Shown here: positions 39,522-50,367 of the stretch, piece by piece
Position numbering within the stretch: the first letter of the stretch is position 1
Layout: each line of letters starts with the position of its first letter
Source: Bryobacterales bacterium
Lineage (GTDB): Bacteria > Acidobacteriota > Terriglobia > Bryobacterales > Bryobacteraceae
Assembly: GCA_963716685.1 (NCBI GenBank)
Contig: CAVQTR010000003.1
Span: forward strand, 3,225,500-3,289,499
Direction of reading: 5' to 3'
Length of the DNA stretch: 64,000 nucleotides
Notes under the pieces: generated by a model
What the model saw: only the letters and a program-made list of their open reading frames with translations
Database searches by the model: none
Told to the model about the DNA's origin: nothing
Translations under genes and position numbers: made by a program

Positions 39522-40071
39522 ATGGCACTTACCCGCGAAAAAAGTCAACTCATGAGTGCGTCCGAAATCGACCGGACGCTGGTGCGCCTCGCGCACGAGA
39601 TCCTCGAACGCAGCCACGATCTGGATCAGCTTGCCTTCATCGGAATCCGGCGGCGCGGAGTACCGCTGGCGCAGAGGCTGGCGCAAAAGATTTCGGCGCT
39701 TGAGAAGCGTACAATTCCGGTCGGGATTCTGGATATCAATCTGTATCGCGACGACCTCTCCACGGTGGGTGCGAAACCCGTGATTGGCACCACGGAGATT
39801 CCCTTTCCCGTACAGGGCAAGGACATCATTCTGATGGACGACGTGCTCTACACCGGCCGCACCATTCGCGGCGCGCTGGATGCGCTGTTCGAGCACGGCC
39901 GCCCGGCGCGCGTGCAGTTGCTGGTGCTCATCGATCGCGGGTCATCGCGAACTGCCGATCGAAGCCCGTTTCATCGGCCGCACCGTGCAGACCAGCGACC
40001 GCGAGATCATCGAAGTGAAGTTTCAGGAAATCGACGGCATGGAAAAGGTGCTGCTGGTCGAGAAGGTCTGA
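39522..40071 (+). pseudogene. pyrR: bifunctional pyrimidine operon regulator/uracil phosphoribosyltransferase PyrR, one frameshift near 39945
   Basis: The PRPP-binding motif (IILMDDVLYTGRTIRGALDAL) is in the listed ORF. The C-terminus (HRELPIEARFIGRTVQTSDREIIEVKF...) is in another frame (ORF 39880-40071). Confidence 0.75.
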
Positions 40072-40074
40072 CGC

Positions 40075-40985
40075 GTGGCGAACGGGCTGCTCGGCATCGA
40101 ACACCTGGAGCGCGCGGAAATCGAAGCCATTCTGAAGCGGGCCAGGGATTTCCAGCCCGCGCAGAACGAACCCTTCCAACGTTTCGAAACGTCTGCGCGG
40201 CAAAATGATCGTGAACCTGTTTTTCGAGGCCTCCACTCGCACGCGGACCAGCTTTGAAATTGCCGCGAAGCGGCTGGGCGCGGAAGCACTTTCCATCACG
40301 GCCAGCGGTTCCAGTGTTTCGAAAGGCGAATCTCTGGTGGACACGCTGAACACCCTTGCCGCCATGCGGCCGCAGGCAATCGTGATGCGACATTCCGCCT
40401 CCGGAGCCCCTCAGTTTCTCGCTCGCTACCTGCCGATTCCCATCATCAACGCCGGGGACGGAACGCATGAGCATCCCACGCAGGCTTTGCTGGACGCGCG
40501 AACCATTTTGGATCGGCGCGAGTCGCTGGAAGGGCTGCGCGTCGCGATCATCGGCGACATTGCGCACAGCCGCGTAGCTCGCTCGAACGTGCATCTGCTC
40601 TCGAAGTTTGGCGCCAACATCGTGCTGTGCGGACCGGCCAATCTGCTGCCGCGCGAACTGGCCGCAGCTGGCGCCGGGCGTCACCCTGACCAACGACATT
40701 CAGGAAGCCATTCAGGACGCCGACGTGGTGATGATGCTGCGCGTGCAGCTGGAGCGTCAGCATGAAATCCCCATGTCCGCGGGCGAATACTTCCAGTTCT
40801 TCGGCCTGCGTCTGGAACATCTGGCTCTCGCCAAACCCGATGCCATCGTGATGCATCCGGGGCCGATCAACCGCGGCCGCGAGCTTTCAAGCGAAGTGGC
40901 AGACAGCCAGCGTTCGGTGATCTTAAACCAGGTAGAGAATGGAATCGCGGTGCGCATGGCAGTGCTCGAGCGGGTGGTGGGATGA
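40075..40985 (+). pseudogene. pyrB: aspartate carbamoyltransferase catalytic subunit, two frameshifts
   Basis: Pieces at 40075-40257, 40205-40765 ([15 protein letters not shown], the carbamoyl-phosphate binding STRTR motif) and 40608-40985 (HPGPINRG). Confidence 0.8.
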
Positions 40986-42275
40986 AGACTCTGCACATCC
41001 GGAACGGCCGGGTGATCGATCCCGCTTCGCAGTTTGATGGCGTGACCGACATCTGGATTGTCGAGGGGAAGATCAGCCGTGAGCGGCCGTCCGGCGACGG
41101 CTGGGATGTGTTCGATGCCGCGGGCATGGTGGTGGCGCCAGGCTTCATCGATATGCACGTGCACCTGCGGGAGCCCGGGCTCGAGCATGCGGAGACCATC
41201 GAAAGCGGTTCGCGCGCGGCGGCAGCGGGCGGCTTTACCACCATTTGCTGCATGCCCAACACCAAGCCGGTGAATGACAGCGCCACCGTGACGAGTTACA
41301 TCATCGAGCGCGCGCGACGAGCCGCCGTGGTGAATGTGCTGCCCATCGGCGCGATCACCAAGGGCAGCGCCGGCGAGGAACTGGCGGCGATCGGATCGAT
41401 GAAGAAGGCCGGCATTGTGGCGATTTCCGACGATGGCCGCCCGGTGATGAACTCGCGCGTGATGCGCCGCGCCATGGAGTTTGCGCGCTCGCTCGATCTG
41501 CCGGTGATTGATCATTGCGAGGATCTGAATCTGAGCGCGGGCGGCGATATGCACGAAGGCGTGGTCTCGACGCGTCTGGGCCTGCGCGGGATTCCGTCGA
41601 GTTCCGAAGACGTGATGGTGGCGCGCGATATTCTGCTGGCCGATGCCACCGGCGCGCGTTTTCATGTGGCTCATATTTCCACCCGTCATTCCGTTGCCAT
41701 GGTGGCGTTTGCAAAAAGCAAAGGCCTGCCCGTCACCTGTGAAACCACGCCGCACCATTTCGCGCTGACCGATGCCGGGGTCGCCGCTTACGACAGCAAC
41801 TACAAAATGAAGCCGCCGCTGCGCTGCGATCATGACGTGGACGCGGTCATCGAGGGCATTGTTTCGGGCGCCATCGACGTGATTGCCACTGACCATGCGC
41901 CCCATGCCGGCAGCGAGAAGATGCAGGAGTTCGAGCGCTGCCCGTTCGGGATTACCGGCCTTGAAACAGCCATCGGTCTAACCACTGGAACGGCTGGTGC
42001 ATACCGGCAAAATCTCCCTCCCACGCATGGTGGAACTGTTCACCACCGGTCCGGCGCGGGTGCTGCGGCTCGACCGGGGAACCCTGGCGCACGGCGCGCC
42101 GGGAGATGTGACCATCTTCGATCCGGAGCTGGCGTGGACCTACGACGTCAATCGTTCATTCTCGAAGAGCCGGAACTCGCCGTTCGACGGACACCGATTT
42201 CGCGGGGGCCCGGTGGCTGCGATCGTCAATGGAGCGATCGTCTGGTCCCGTCAGAACCCGGGAACTTTGGCGTAA
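40982..42275 (+). pseudogene. pyrC: dihydroorotase, one frameshift near 42000
   Basis: Metal-binding motifs ([10 protein letters not shown], ...HVAHIST.., ATDHAPH) in 40982-42000. The C-terminal part ([20 protein letters not shown]...) is in another frame (41997-42275). Confidence 0.8.
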
Positions 42276-42340
42276 ACGGCTGACAACGGCAAGGTGCCCG
42301 GGATGCTCGCTGGCTGACAGACGCCATCGGGCATAGCTGT

Positions 42341-44713
42341 TTAGTTCATCAACAGTGCCATCATCGCACCGGCAATCTCTTTGCCGCGCTCGCCCACTTC
42401 GCCAATGGGGCCCACGCATGACGGGCAGCCGGTCTCGCACGGGCAGTTCGATACCAGCTCCCGCGTGCGCCGCACCAGCTCTTCGCCCATGCGGAACAGC
42501 GGTGCGCTTTGGCCCACTCCGCCGGGATAGCTGTCGTACAGGTACAGATTCGGCTCCCAGTTCGCCACCGAGCCTTCCGCGTTCTCCGTAACGGCGAGGC
42601 CCAGATCGCGCGGATCGCACATCAGCAGCAGCGACGCGACGGTGCGCAGCGCATTGCCCAGGCCCGTCAGACCGTTCTGTTTTTCCACCGGCTGTAAAGG
42701 GCAAGCTGTGCCAGAAACGCCGCCGGGAAATGCAGCCAGAAAGACGTGGTGTGCATTTCCTGTTCCGGCATGGAGAGCTTCCCGGCCCCCACGTTTTCCA
42801 GCGTGTAAAACTTGATCTTCTTGAACCCGACAATCTGCCGGTTTACGCGCACGTCGCCGTGCGCCTTTTCCGCCTGCCCGGCCGGCGCCGCTTCGAACTC
42901 GCGCAGCACTTTCACCTGCGTGTAATCGATCGCGTCGGTATAGTAGTCGCAATCCACGCGCCTCACATAGGCTTTGCGCTCCTTGTAATCGAAATGCTCC
43001 ACATGGAACTGCTTCGCCTCATGCAGATAAATCGCTTTCTCATGCAGCGTGGTGAGCGCCGTGGTGAAGCAGACGTCCGCGATGACTTTCGGCTCACCCG
43101 TGATATCGACCACCACGAAGTTATCGCTGGACACGGCGCGCAGCGAGACGGCATCGGCCGGATACGTGTCCGAAGTCCAGTGCCAGTTATCGCCGGACTG
43201 GTGCAGAAAGCCCGATTCGGCCAGGAACACGACAAAGTTCACGAGTGTCGTGACGGCCGAACTGTTCGCCGTCGCGCAGCGGCAGTTCGAACGCCGCGCA
43301 CTTCAGATGATTGAGCAGGATTTCCAGGTTATCCGCATTCACCTGCGCATGCTCGGGCGAGCTGCCGAAGAAGTATTCCGGATGCTCGACGATGTACTGA
43401 TCGAGCGGCGCGCTGGAGGCAACCAGAACCGCGGCGGAAGGCGTCTGGCGGCGTCCCGCGCGACCGGCCCGCTGCCAGGTGGAAGCGATGGTTCCGGGAT
43501 AGCCGGCCATCACCACCGCATCGAGCGAGCCAATGTCGATACCCAGTTCCAGCGCATTGGTGGCAACCACGGCGCGGATATCGCCAGCGCGCAGACGGCG
43601 TTCGATCTCCCGGCGTTCGCGCGGCAGGTAGCCGCCGCGATAGCCGCGCACCGTTTCGGTGGGGATGCGGCCGTTGTCGCAGGCGTCCTTGAGATAGGTC
43701 ACCAGCACTTCCATGGCGAGTCGGTTGTTGGCGAAGACCAGCGTCTGCTGTTCGCGGTCGATGAACTCAAGCGCGATGCGGCGGGTCTCATTGATGTAAC
43801 TGCGCCGGATGCCCAGCTGGCGGTTGACCACCGGCGGATTGTAGAAGACGAAATACTTCTCGCCGGACGGCGCGCCGCTGCGATCCACCATTTCAAAGGG
43901 CGCGCCGGTCAGCGTTTGCGCCAGTTCGCGCGGGTTCGCAATGGTGGCCGAACAGCAGATGAACACCGGCTTCGATTGGTAGAACTCGCAAATGCGCGCC
44001 AGACGCCGCAGCACATTCGCCATGTGGCTGCCGTAAACGCCGCGGTAGTAGTGCAGCTCATCGATGACGATGTACTGCAGGTTCTCGAACAGCTTCGCCC
44101 ATTTGGTGTGGTGCGGCAGAATGCCGCTGTGCAGCATGTCCGGATTCGTGAACACCACGTTGGCGCGCTGGCGAATGGCTCGTCGCGCATCCTGCGGCGT
44201 GTCGCCGTCGTACGTGAAGGCGCGAATGTCCGAGCCCATTTCCTCCACGATTTCGTGGAACTCATGCAGCTGATCTTCGGCCAGCGCCTTGGTGGGAAAC
44301 AGGTACATGGCGCGCGCGCCGGGATCGCGCATCAGCAGATCGAGCACCGGCAGGTTGTAGCAAAGCGTTTTACCGCTGGCGGTGGGCGTGACGATCACCA
44401 GATTCCTGCCCGCGGTGACCACCTCGAACGATTCGGCCTGATGGCTGTACAGCCGTTCGATGCCGCGGGCCTTCAGGACATCGCGCAGCGCTGGCTGGAT
44501 GCTTTCGGGCACGGGCGCGAACGAACCCTCGCTCGCGGGCCGGTGATGGATGGCGCGTACGGGACCTTCGGGCTGCGCGGCCAGCGCCTCAAATTTGGAA
44601 ATGACCGCGGCCAGATTCGGGCTGAGCGCGCGCTGCAGCTGGTTCGCCATCGCGGGCGTGAAGTCCGGTTCCTGGAAGAGGGATGGCTGCGGCGCGCCGG
44701 GGGAAAGCTCCAT
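42341..44713 (-). pseudogene. DEAD/DEAH-box helicase with C-terminal DUF1998 four-Cys domain (MrfA/YprA-like DNA repair helicase), frameshifted at least 2 times
   Basis: Walker A (TPTASGKT), DEAH-like box (IVIDELHYY) and helicase C domains in 43187-44713. The DUF1998 region, with CPCETGCPSCV, is in ORFs 42667-43242 and 42341-42952. Confidence 0.7.
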
Positions 44714-45030
44714 TACTCGGGTTTGGGCCGGACGAACTTGTGCTTATCGATGGTGGCGGTTACCAGAAACGGCATCTCGGCATCGCCTGGGACGGCTTCG
44801 ATGCGCAGCACTTTTCCGGTGCAGTGAATGCGCACCGGCATTTCGCCATCGGCAAGAGTAATCTCGTATTCGATTTTGCCGCCGAGTTTCACTTCTTTGG
44901 CCGAGGGAAAAGAAACGCCGCCGGAACTGACATTAGCGGTTTTGGTGGTACGCGAAACGCGTTTGCCACCCAGAACCGAGATCTGGACCGGAAGGTTGAT
45001 CTCGAAGCGATGCGACTGCCGCTTGTTCAA
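44713..45030 (-). CDS. PilZ domain protein
   Basis: TTG start at 45030 preceded by AGGAGGG. RQSHRF (RxxxR) ... NVSSGG (DxSxxG-like). 105 aa. Stop/start overlap with the helicase gene (TAATG). Confidence 0.55.
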   Translation of the reverse strand: MNKRQSHRFEINLPVQISVLGGKRVSRTTKTANVSSGGVSFPSAKEVKLGGKIEYEITLADGEMPVRIHCTGKVLRIEAVPGDAEMPFLVTATIDKHKFVRPKPE

Positions 45031-45041
45031 ATTGGTCCCTC

Positions 45042-46037
45042 CTATGCGACCGAGGCGTGCGCGGCCACTCCGCGAACGATACCGGCCAGCACGGTTTCGG
45101 GCGTCTGCCCATCGGCATGCGCGTCGAAATTCAGAATCACGCGATGACGCAGGACGGCGGCGGCAACGCTGCGCACATCTTCCACGCTCAGGTGGAATCG
45201 TCCCCGCATCAACGCTACCACGCGGCCGCATTCCACCAGCGCCTGCGCGCCGCGCGGAGAGCTGCCGTAGCGAATGTATTTCCGGGCAAGTTCGGGCGCA
45301 TCCTTCTCGCCGGGCTGAGTGGCCATCACCAGCTCGATAGCGAAATCCTGAACATGCGGGGCAACCAGAACCTCGCGGCAGACCGAGCGGACTTCGAGGA
45401 TGGATTCGGCATCCAGCGCGGGGTTCACATGCGCTTCCTCGCGGGCAATGGTGCGCTCCACAATTCGGCCCAGTTCGGCACGCGACGGATACGTCACAAG
45501 AATCTTCATCAGGAAGCGATCCAGCTGCGCTTCGGGCAGCGGATACGTCCCTTCCATTTCGATGGGGTTCTGCGTCGCCATCACCAGAAACGGAGCCTCC
45601 AGCTGATGGGTGGTGGTGCCGCTGGTGACAGTGCGCTCCTGCATGGCTTCCAGCAGCGCGGATTGCGTCTTCGGCGTGGCGCGATTGATTTCATCCGCCA
45701 GCACCAGGTTGGCGAAAATGGGGCCGGGCTGGAAGCGCAGCACCTTGGAGCCGTGCTCGTCGTTCTCCATGATCATGCTGCCCACGATATCGGCGGGCAT
45801 CAGATCCGGCGTGAACTGGATGCGGGAATACTTCAACTGCAGAGCGCGGGCAAGGGTTCGCAGCAGCGTGGTCTTGCCGAGGCCGGGAACTCCCTCGAGC
45901 AGGACGTGACCGGAAGCGATCAGGCAGACCAGGACGCCCTCCACCACGTCGTCCTGCCCCACAATTACCTTGGCTATCTCGCTTCGTACCTGATTAAGTC
46001 GGGAAACCGCCTGCTGCAGGGATGCTTCGCTCGCCAC
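45042..46037 (-). CDS. MoxR family AAA+ ATPase
   Basis: Walker A (GVPGLGKT), Walker B (LLADEINRA), sensor 1/2 regions. 331 aa, the typical MoxR length. Confidence 0.85.
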   Translation of the reverse strand: MASEASLQQAVSRLNQVRSEIAKVIVGQDDVVEGVLVCLIASGHVLLEGVPGLGKTTLLRTLARALQLKYSRIQFTPDLMPADIVGSMIMENDEHGSKVLRFQPGPIFANLVLADEINRATPKTQSALLEAMQERTVTSGTTTHQLEAPFLVMATQNPIEMEGTYPLPEAQLDRFLMKILVTYPSRAELGRIVERTIAREEAHVNPALDAESILEVRSVCREVLVAPHVQDFAIELVMATQPGEKDAPELARKYIRYGSSPRGAQALVECGRVVALMRGRFHLSVEDVRSVAAAVLRHRVILNFDAHADGQTPETVLAGIVRGVAAHASVA

Positions 46038-46064
46038 TTCGACATTGTACTGTATTGCGTTCTG

Positions 46065-47612
46065 CTATTCGGTTCGCATGACCCGTTTCATCTGGTTGAC
46101 CAGCTGTGCCGCAGTGTACGGCTTCTGCAGGAAGCCGGCGACGCCTTCACCGAAGCGCCGCCGCGTGGCAGTCTCGTCGTAACCGCTGGACGCGACGACG
46201 GGAATGCCGGGACGAATCTGGACGATCTGCCGGAATGCCTCTTCGCCGTTCATCACCGGCATCGCCATATCGAGCAGGACGACGGCGATGCGGTCGGACT
46301 GCTGGCGGAAGAACTCCACGCCTTCGAGTCCGTTCCTGGCCAGCAGCACCGTAAAGCCGTGGCGTTCGAGAGCCATCCTGGCGGTGCGCCGAATGGTGTC
46401 CTCGTCATCGACAACCAGCACCAGACCTTTGCCGCTCTGTGCAGCGGCGGGCGCAGCCGGGCGATGATCGTCAACTTCGGACGGCGGAAAGAAGACGCGG
46501 AAGACCGTTCCGGCAAGCGGCTGACTTTGCAGCTGAATGGCGCCTTTGTGTCCGCGCACAATGCCGAGCACGGCGGCAAGGCCCAGGCCGCGACCGGCGA
46601 ATTTGGTAGTGAAGAAGGGGTCGAAGACGCGCGCCTGCGTCGCCGGGTCCATGCCGTGACCGTTATCGCGGACTTCGAGGACCACGTAGTCGCCGGAACC
46701 CAGCTCGCGGCCTTCCACATCCGGAACGTGACGGTCGCGCAGGTGCGCAAGACGGGTGCTGAGCGTCACGGAGCCGCCTTCGGCGCTGCAGGCTTCGGCG
46801 GCGTTCATCACCAGATTCAGGATGAGCTGCCGCAGCTGCGCGGAATCGGCTTCCACGGGCGGCAGATCGTCGCAGAGCTCCAGAACCAGCGCCACGTTGT
46901 TCGGTACCGTAGCCTGCAGCAGCGGCAGCAGTTCCTTGACACGGCGCGAGAGCGCGACGGGCTCCACGACGAGGCGGCCGCGTCCGGAATAAGCCAGCAT
47001 CTGACGCGTGAGCTGCGCGGCGGTTTCGGCGGCCAGCATGACGCTGCGGACGCACTCGCGGTTTTCCTCGCTGAGCTGTTCATCTTCCAGGACGAGCGAG
47101 GAATGGCCCAAAATTCCGGTCAGCAGGTTGTTGAAGTCGTGGGCAATGCCGCCGGCCAGAAGGCCCATGCTTTCGAGCTTCTGGCGGTTACGGGCGAGTT
47201 CGTCGGCCATGCGGCGCGCGGTGATATCCTGCGCAACGCCGACAAAGCGCGACGGATCGAGAACGCGGCCGCGCGCCGAGATCCAGCGCGGGTTTTCGTC
47301 GGGACAGACGATGCGGAACTCGCCATCGAACTCCGCGGCGTAGTCGAGCGACGCAGCGAGCATACCGGCAACGCGCTCGCGATCTTCCGGCGCAATGCGG
47401 GCCAGCCACACATCGAGATCGAACGCATCGTCAGGCATTCCGAACAGGGAGCGGAAGCGCGGCGAGGCGGTGACGGTGCGCGACGGAATTTCGACATGCC
47501 ACAGCGCGAGATCCGCGGCGTCGATGGCATCGGCGGGCGTCAGACCTGAACTGTTGAGAGCCGACACTGTTCCCATTTTAGGGTGAACCGCCGCCAGCAC
47601 AATGAGGCCCAA
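46065..47612 (-). CDS. hybrid sensor histidine kinase/response regulator (PAS, HisKA, HATPase_c, REC)
   Basis: H-box (GIAHDFNNLL), N/G boxes (LVMNAAEA, DNGHGM, GRGLGLAAV), and a C-terminal receiver (LVVDDEDTIR ... DMAMPVMNG). No TM segments, so probably cytoplasmic. Confidence 0.8.
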   Translation of the reverse strand: MGLIVLAAVHPKMGTVSALNSSGLTPADAIDAADLALWHVEIPSRTVTASPRFRSLFGMPDDAFDLDVWLARIAPEDRERVAGMLAASLDYAAEFDGEFRIVCPDENPRWISARGRVLDPSRFVGVAQDITARRMADELARNRQKLESMGLLAGGIAHDFNNLLTGILGHSSLVLEDEQLSEENRECVRSVMLAAETAAQLTRQMLAYSGRGRLVVEPVALSRRVKELLPLLQATVPNNVALVLELCDDLPPVEADSAQLRQLILNLVMNAAEACSAEGGSVTLSTRLAHLRDRHVPDVEGRELGSGDYVVLEVRDNGHGMDPATQARVFDPFFTTKFAGRGLGLAAVLGIVRGHKGAIQLQSQPLAGTVFRVFFPPSEVDDHRPAAPAAAQSGKGLVLVVDDEDTIRRTARMALERHGFTVLLARNGLEGVEFFRQQSDRIAVVLLDMAMPVMNGEEAFRQIVQIRPGIPVVASSGYDETATRRRFGEGVAGFLQKPYTAAQLVNQMKRVMRTE

Positions 47613-47631
47613 AGATATACTGGCAGCTGGT

Positions 47632-48975
47632 ATGAAGAAACTCTTGCTCCTGCTGAGTCTGGCAGCGGCCGGCGCGCAGGCGGCGGATGTGACGATCCCG
47701 ATCGATAAGTATAAACTGCCAAACGGGATGCGCGTGATTCTGTCGAAGGATAACGCCGTTCCGGTGGTTGCGGTCTACGTGATGTACAACGTGGGCTCGC
47801 GATCGGAGGAAAAAGGCCGCACGGGCTTCGCGCATCTGTTCGAGCACATGATGTTCGAGGGATCGGCGAATGCGCCGAAGGGCATGCACTCGAAGCTGAT
47901 TACGTCCAACGGCGGCGCGGACAACGGCTCGACGCATCCGGATTACACGGATTACTTCGAGACGCTGCCATCGAACAAGCTGGCGGTTGGGCTTTGGCTG
48001 GAATCGGACCGCATGCGCAGCCTGGCGATTACGGCGGAGAACCTGACGAACCAGAAGGAAGCGGTGAAGCAGGAGCGGCGGCTTTCCTTCGATAACCGTC
48101 CGTATGCCACGGCGATTGTGGACAAGTGGCCGGCACTGGCGTACAGCAACTGGCAGAGCTCGCATTCGCTGATCGGGTCGTTCGAGGATCTGAACGCGGC
48201 GTCGCTCGATGACGTGTCGAAGTTCTTCCGGACTTACTACGCGCCGAACAATGCCGTGCTGGTGATTGCCGGGGACTTTCAGACCGCCGCGGCGAAGAAG
48301 CTGGTGAGCGACTACTTCGGGGACATTCCGGCGCAGGCGGCGGCGAAGCGTCCGGACATGACGGAGATGACGCGGACGGAAGGCCGAACCGAGAAGTACA
48401 GCGACAAGCTGGCGCAGGTTCCCGGCGTGGTGGTGGGATTTCCGGGACCGGCGCGGCGCTCGCCGGATTACTATGCGCTGGGCATGCTGGACGTGCTGCT
48501 GACGGGCGGCGAGAGCTCGCGGCTGCAGCTGGATCTGGTGAAGGGAAAGCAATCGGTGGTGCAGTTCGAGGCGAATCCGGGCTGGCCGTTTGCGGACTTG
48601 TCGGACTATCGCGATCCGGGCGTTTACGCGTTCTTCCTGCTCTACAAGCCGAACTTCCAGGCGAGCGAGATTGTGGGACAGCTGCAGGATGAGATTGCGC
48701 GGGTGCAGAAAGACGGCGTGGAGACGAAGGAACTGGAGCGCATGCGGACATTCTTCCGGGCGCAGCGAATTACCAGTCTGCAGAGCGCGCTGACGCGGGC
48801 GCAGCTGCTGGCGAAGTACCAGACGCTGGACGACAAACCGGAATGGATCAACCTGGAAATGGACCGGTTTCTGGCGGTGACGCCGGCGGAGATTCAGGCA
48901 GTGGCGAAGAAGTACCTGACGGCGCAGAAGCGGGACGTGCTGGAGATTCAGCCGGTTGGCGAGGAGAAGAAATGA
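47632..48975 (+). CDS. M16 family zinc peptidase (pitrilysin-like), active-type subunit
   Basis: Signal peptide MKKLLLLLSLAAAGAQA. Inverted zinc motif HLFEHMMFEG (HxxEH). Confidence 0.85.
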   Translation: MKKLLLLLSLAAAGAQAADVTIPIDKYKLPNGMRVILSKDNAVPVVAVYVMYNVGSRSEEKGRTGFAHLFEHMMFEGSANAPKGMHSKLITSNGGADNGSTHPDYTDYFETLPSNKLAVGLWLESDRMRSLAITAENLTNQKEAVKQERRLSFDNRPYATAIVDKWPALAYSNWQSSHSLIGSFEDLNAASLDDVSKFFRTYYAPNNAVLVIAGDFQTAAAKKLVSDYFGDIPAQAAAKRPDMTEMTRTEGRTEKYSDKLAQVPGVVVGFPGPARRSPDYYALGMLDVLLTGGESSRLQLDLVKGKQSVVQFEANPGWPFADLSDYRDPGVYAFFLLYKPNFQASEIVGQLQDEIARVQKDGVETKELERMRTFFRAQRITSLQSALTRAQLLAKYQTLDDKPEWINLEMDRFLAVTPAEIQAVAKKYLTAQKRDVLEIQPVGEEKK

Positions 48976-50366
48976 GAAGCGCGGTGATCACGATCCTGCT
49001 GAGCGCGGGCGCGCTGGCGCAGACGTTCGACCGGACGAAGCCGCCGCAGACGCCGCCGATTCCGGCGTACAAGCTGCCGCCGGTTTACGAGACGAAGCTG
49101 GCAAACGGATTGGCCGTGGTGCTGGTGGACGACGCGCGCTTTCCGCTGGTGACCGTGCGGCTGGCGATTCAGGCGGGCGCGAAGTTCGATCCGGCGAATT
49201 TGCCGGGCGCATCGGACGCGGTTGCGGCCCTGCTGACGCAGGGAACGAAGACGCGCACATCGCGCCAGATTGCGGAGCAGCTGGCGGAGATGGGCGGCTC
49301 GCTGAACGGGCAATCCACGGCGGACTCACTGATGCTGGCGGGCAGCGCGCTGGCGGAGAATGCGCCGCGGCTGCTCGCGCTGCTGGGCGATGTGGTGCTG
49401 AACGCGAGCTTCCCTGAAAGCGAAGTCGCGCTGCAGATGCAGAATCGCAGGCAGGTGCTCATGGCGGAGCGTTCCGAGGCCAGCTTCCTGATGAACGAGA
49501 AGTTCCGCTCGGTGGTATTCGGCAGCCATCCGTACGCGCACGCAGGACCGACGCTGGCGTCGCTCGATCATCTGGATCGAAAGGCGCTGATGGCGTTTCG
49601 GGATTCGTATGTGACGCCGAACCGAGCGTCGCTGATTGTGCTGGGACGCCTGCCGGCGCGGGCGCAGATGATGAAGACGATTCAGGAGCAGCTCGGTGCA
49701 TGGGCGGCGAATACGGCTCCGGCATATTCGCCGGCGGCGCCGCCGGCGCCGAAGAGACAGATCGTGCTGGTGGATCGGCCGGGCTCGGCGCAGGCGGATA
49801 TCCGAGTCGGGCGGCTTACATCGACGTATGGGTCGCCGGATTTCTTCCCGCTTACAGTGGCTTCGGCGATTCTGGGCGGGAGCGCGGATTCGCGGCTGTT
49901 CAACGATATCCGCGAGAAGCGCGGTTACGCTTATGACGTGCATACCGAACCGAGCCGCAGCCAGGAAGCAGGCACGTTCGCGGCAGTAACGCAGGTGCGC
50001 AACGATGTGGTGGAACCGGCGATGCAGGCGCTGCTGGACGACATGGCGCAGATGGGCAGCGAGCGCGTGGGCGCGGAGGAACTGAGCGCCAACAAGAATT
50101 ACCTGAGCGGCCGATACCTATTAAGGATGGAGATGCAGTCCGGCCTTGCCGAGCAGCTGGCGACGGTGAAAGTAATGGGGCTGCCGAACGACTACATCGA
50201 GACGTATACAACACATGTGCGGTCGACGGAGCCGGATCAGATCGAGGCGGCGGCGAAGAAGTACATTGTGCCGGGCGATTCGGCGATCGTGGTGGTAGGC
50301 GACGCGGCGAAGATCCAGAAGGCGCTGGAGAAGTTCGGCACGGTGACGCTGGCAAAGCCGGAATAG
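48972..50366 (+). CDS. M16 family peptidase, second (non-catalytic-type) subunit
   Basis: ATGA overlap with the preceding M16 gene. Signal peptide MRSAVITILLSAGALAQ. M16 fold without HxxEH. Confidence 0.75.
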   Translation: MRSAVITILLSAGALAQTFDRTKPPQTPPIPAYKLPPVYETKLANGLAVVLVDDARFPLVTVRLAIQAGAKFDPANLPGASDAVAALLTQGTKTRTSRQIAEQLAEMGGSLNGQSTADSLMLAGSALAENAPRLLALLGDVVLNASFPESEVALQMQNRRQVLMAERSEASFLMNEKFRSVVFGSHPYAHAGPTLASLDHLDRKALMAFRDSYVTPNRASLIVLGRLPARAQMMKTIQEQLGAWAANTAPAYSPAAPPAPKRQIVLVDRPGSAQADIRVGRLTSTYGSPDFFPLTVASAILGGSADSRLFNDIREKRGYAYDVHTEPSRSQEAGTFAAVTQVRNDVVEPAMQALLDDMAQMGSERVGAEELSANKNYLSGRYLLRMEMQSGLAEQLATVKVMGLPNDYIETYTTHVRSTEPDQIEAAAKKYIVPGDSAIVVVGDAAKIQKALEKFGTVTLAKPE

Positions 50367-50367
50367 T

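Noticed and set aside
45057-47549. 830-aa plus-strand ORF
   Set aside because: It is antisense to the MoxR and hybrid histidine kinase genes, which carry clear catalytic motifs. The product is Arg/Ala/Gly/His-rich nonsense.
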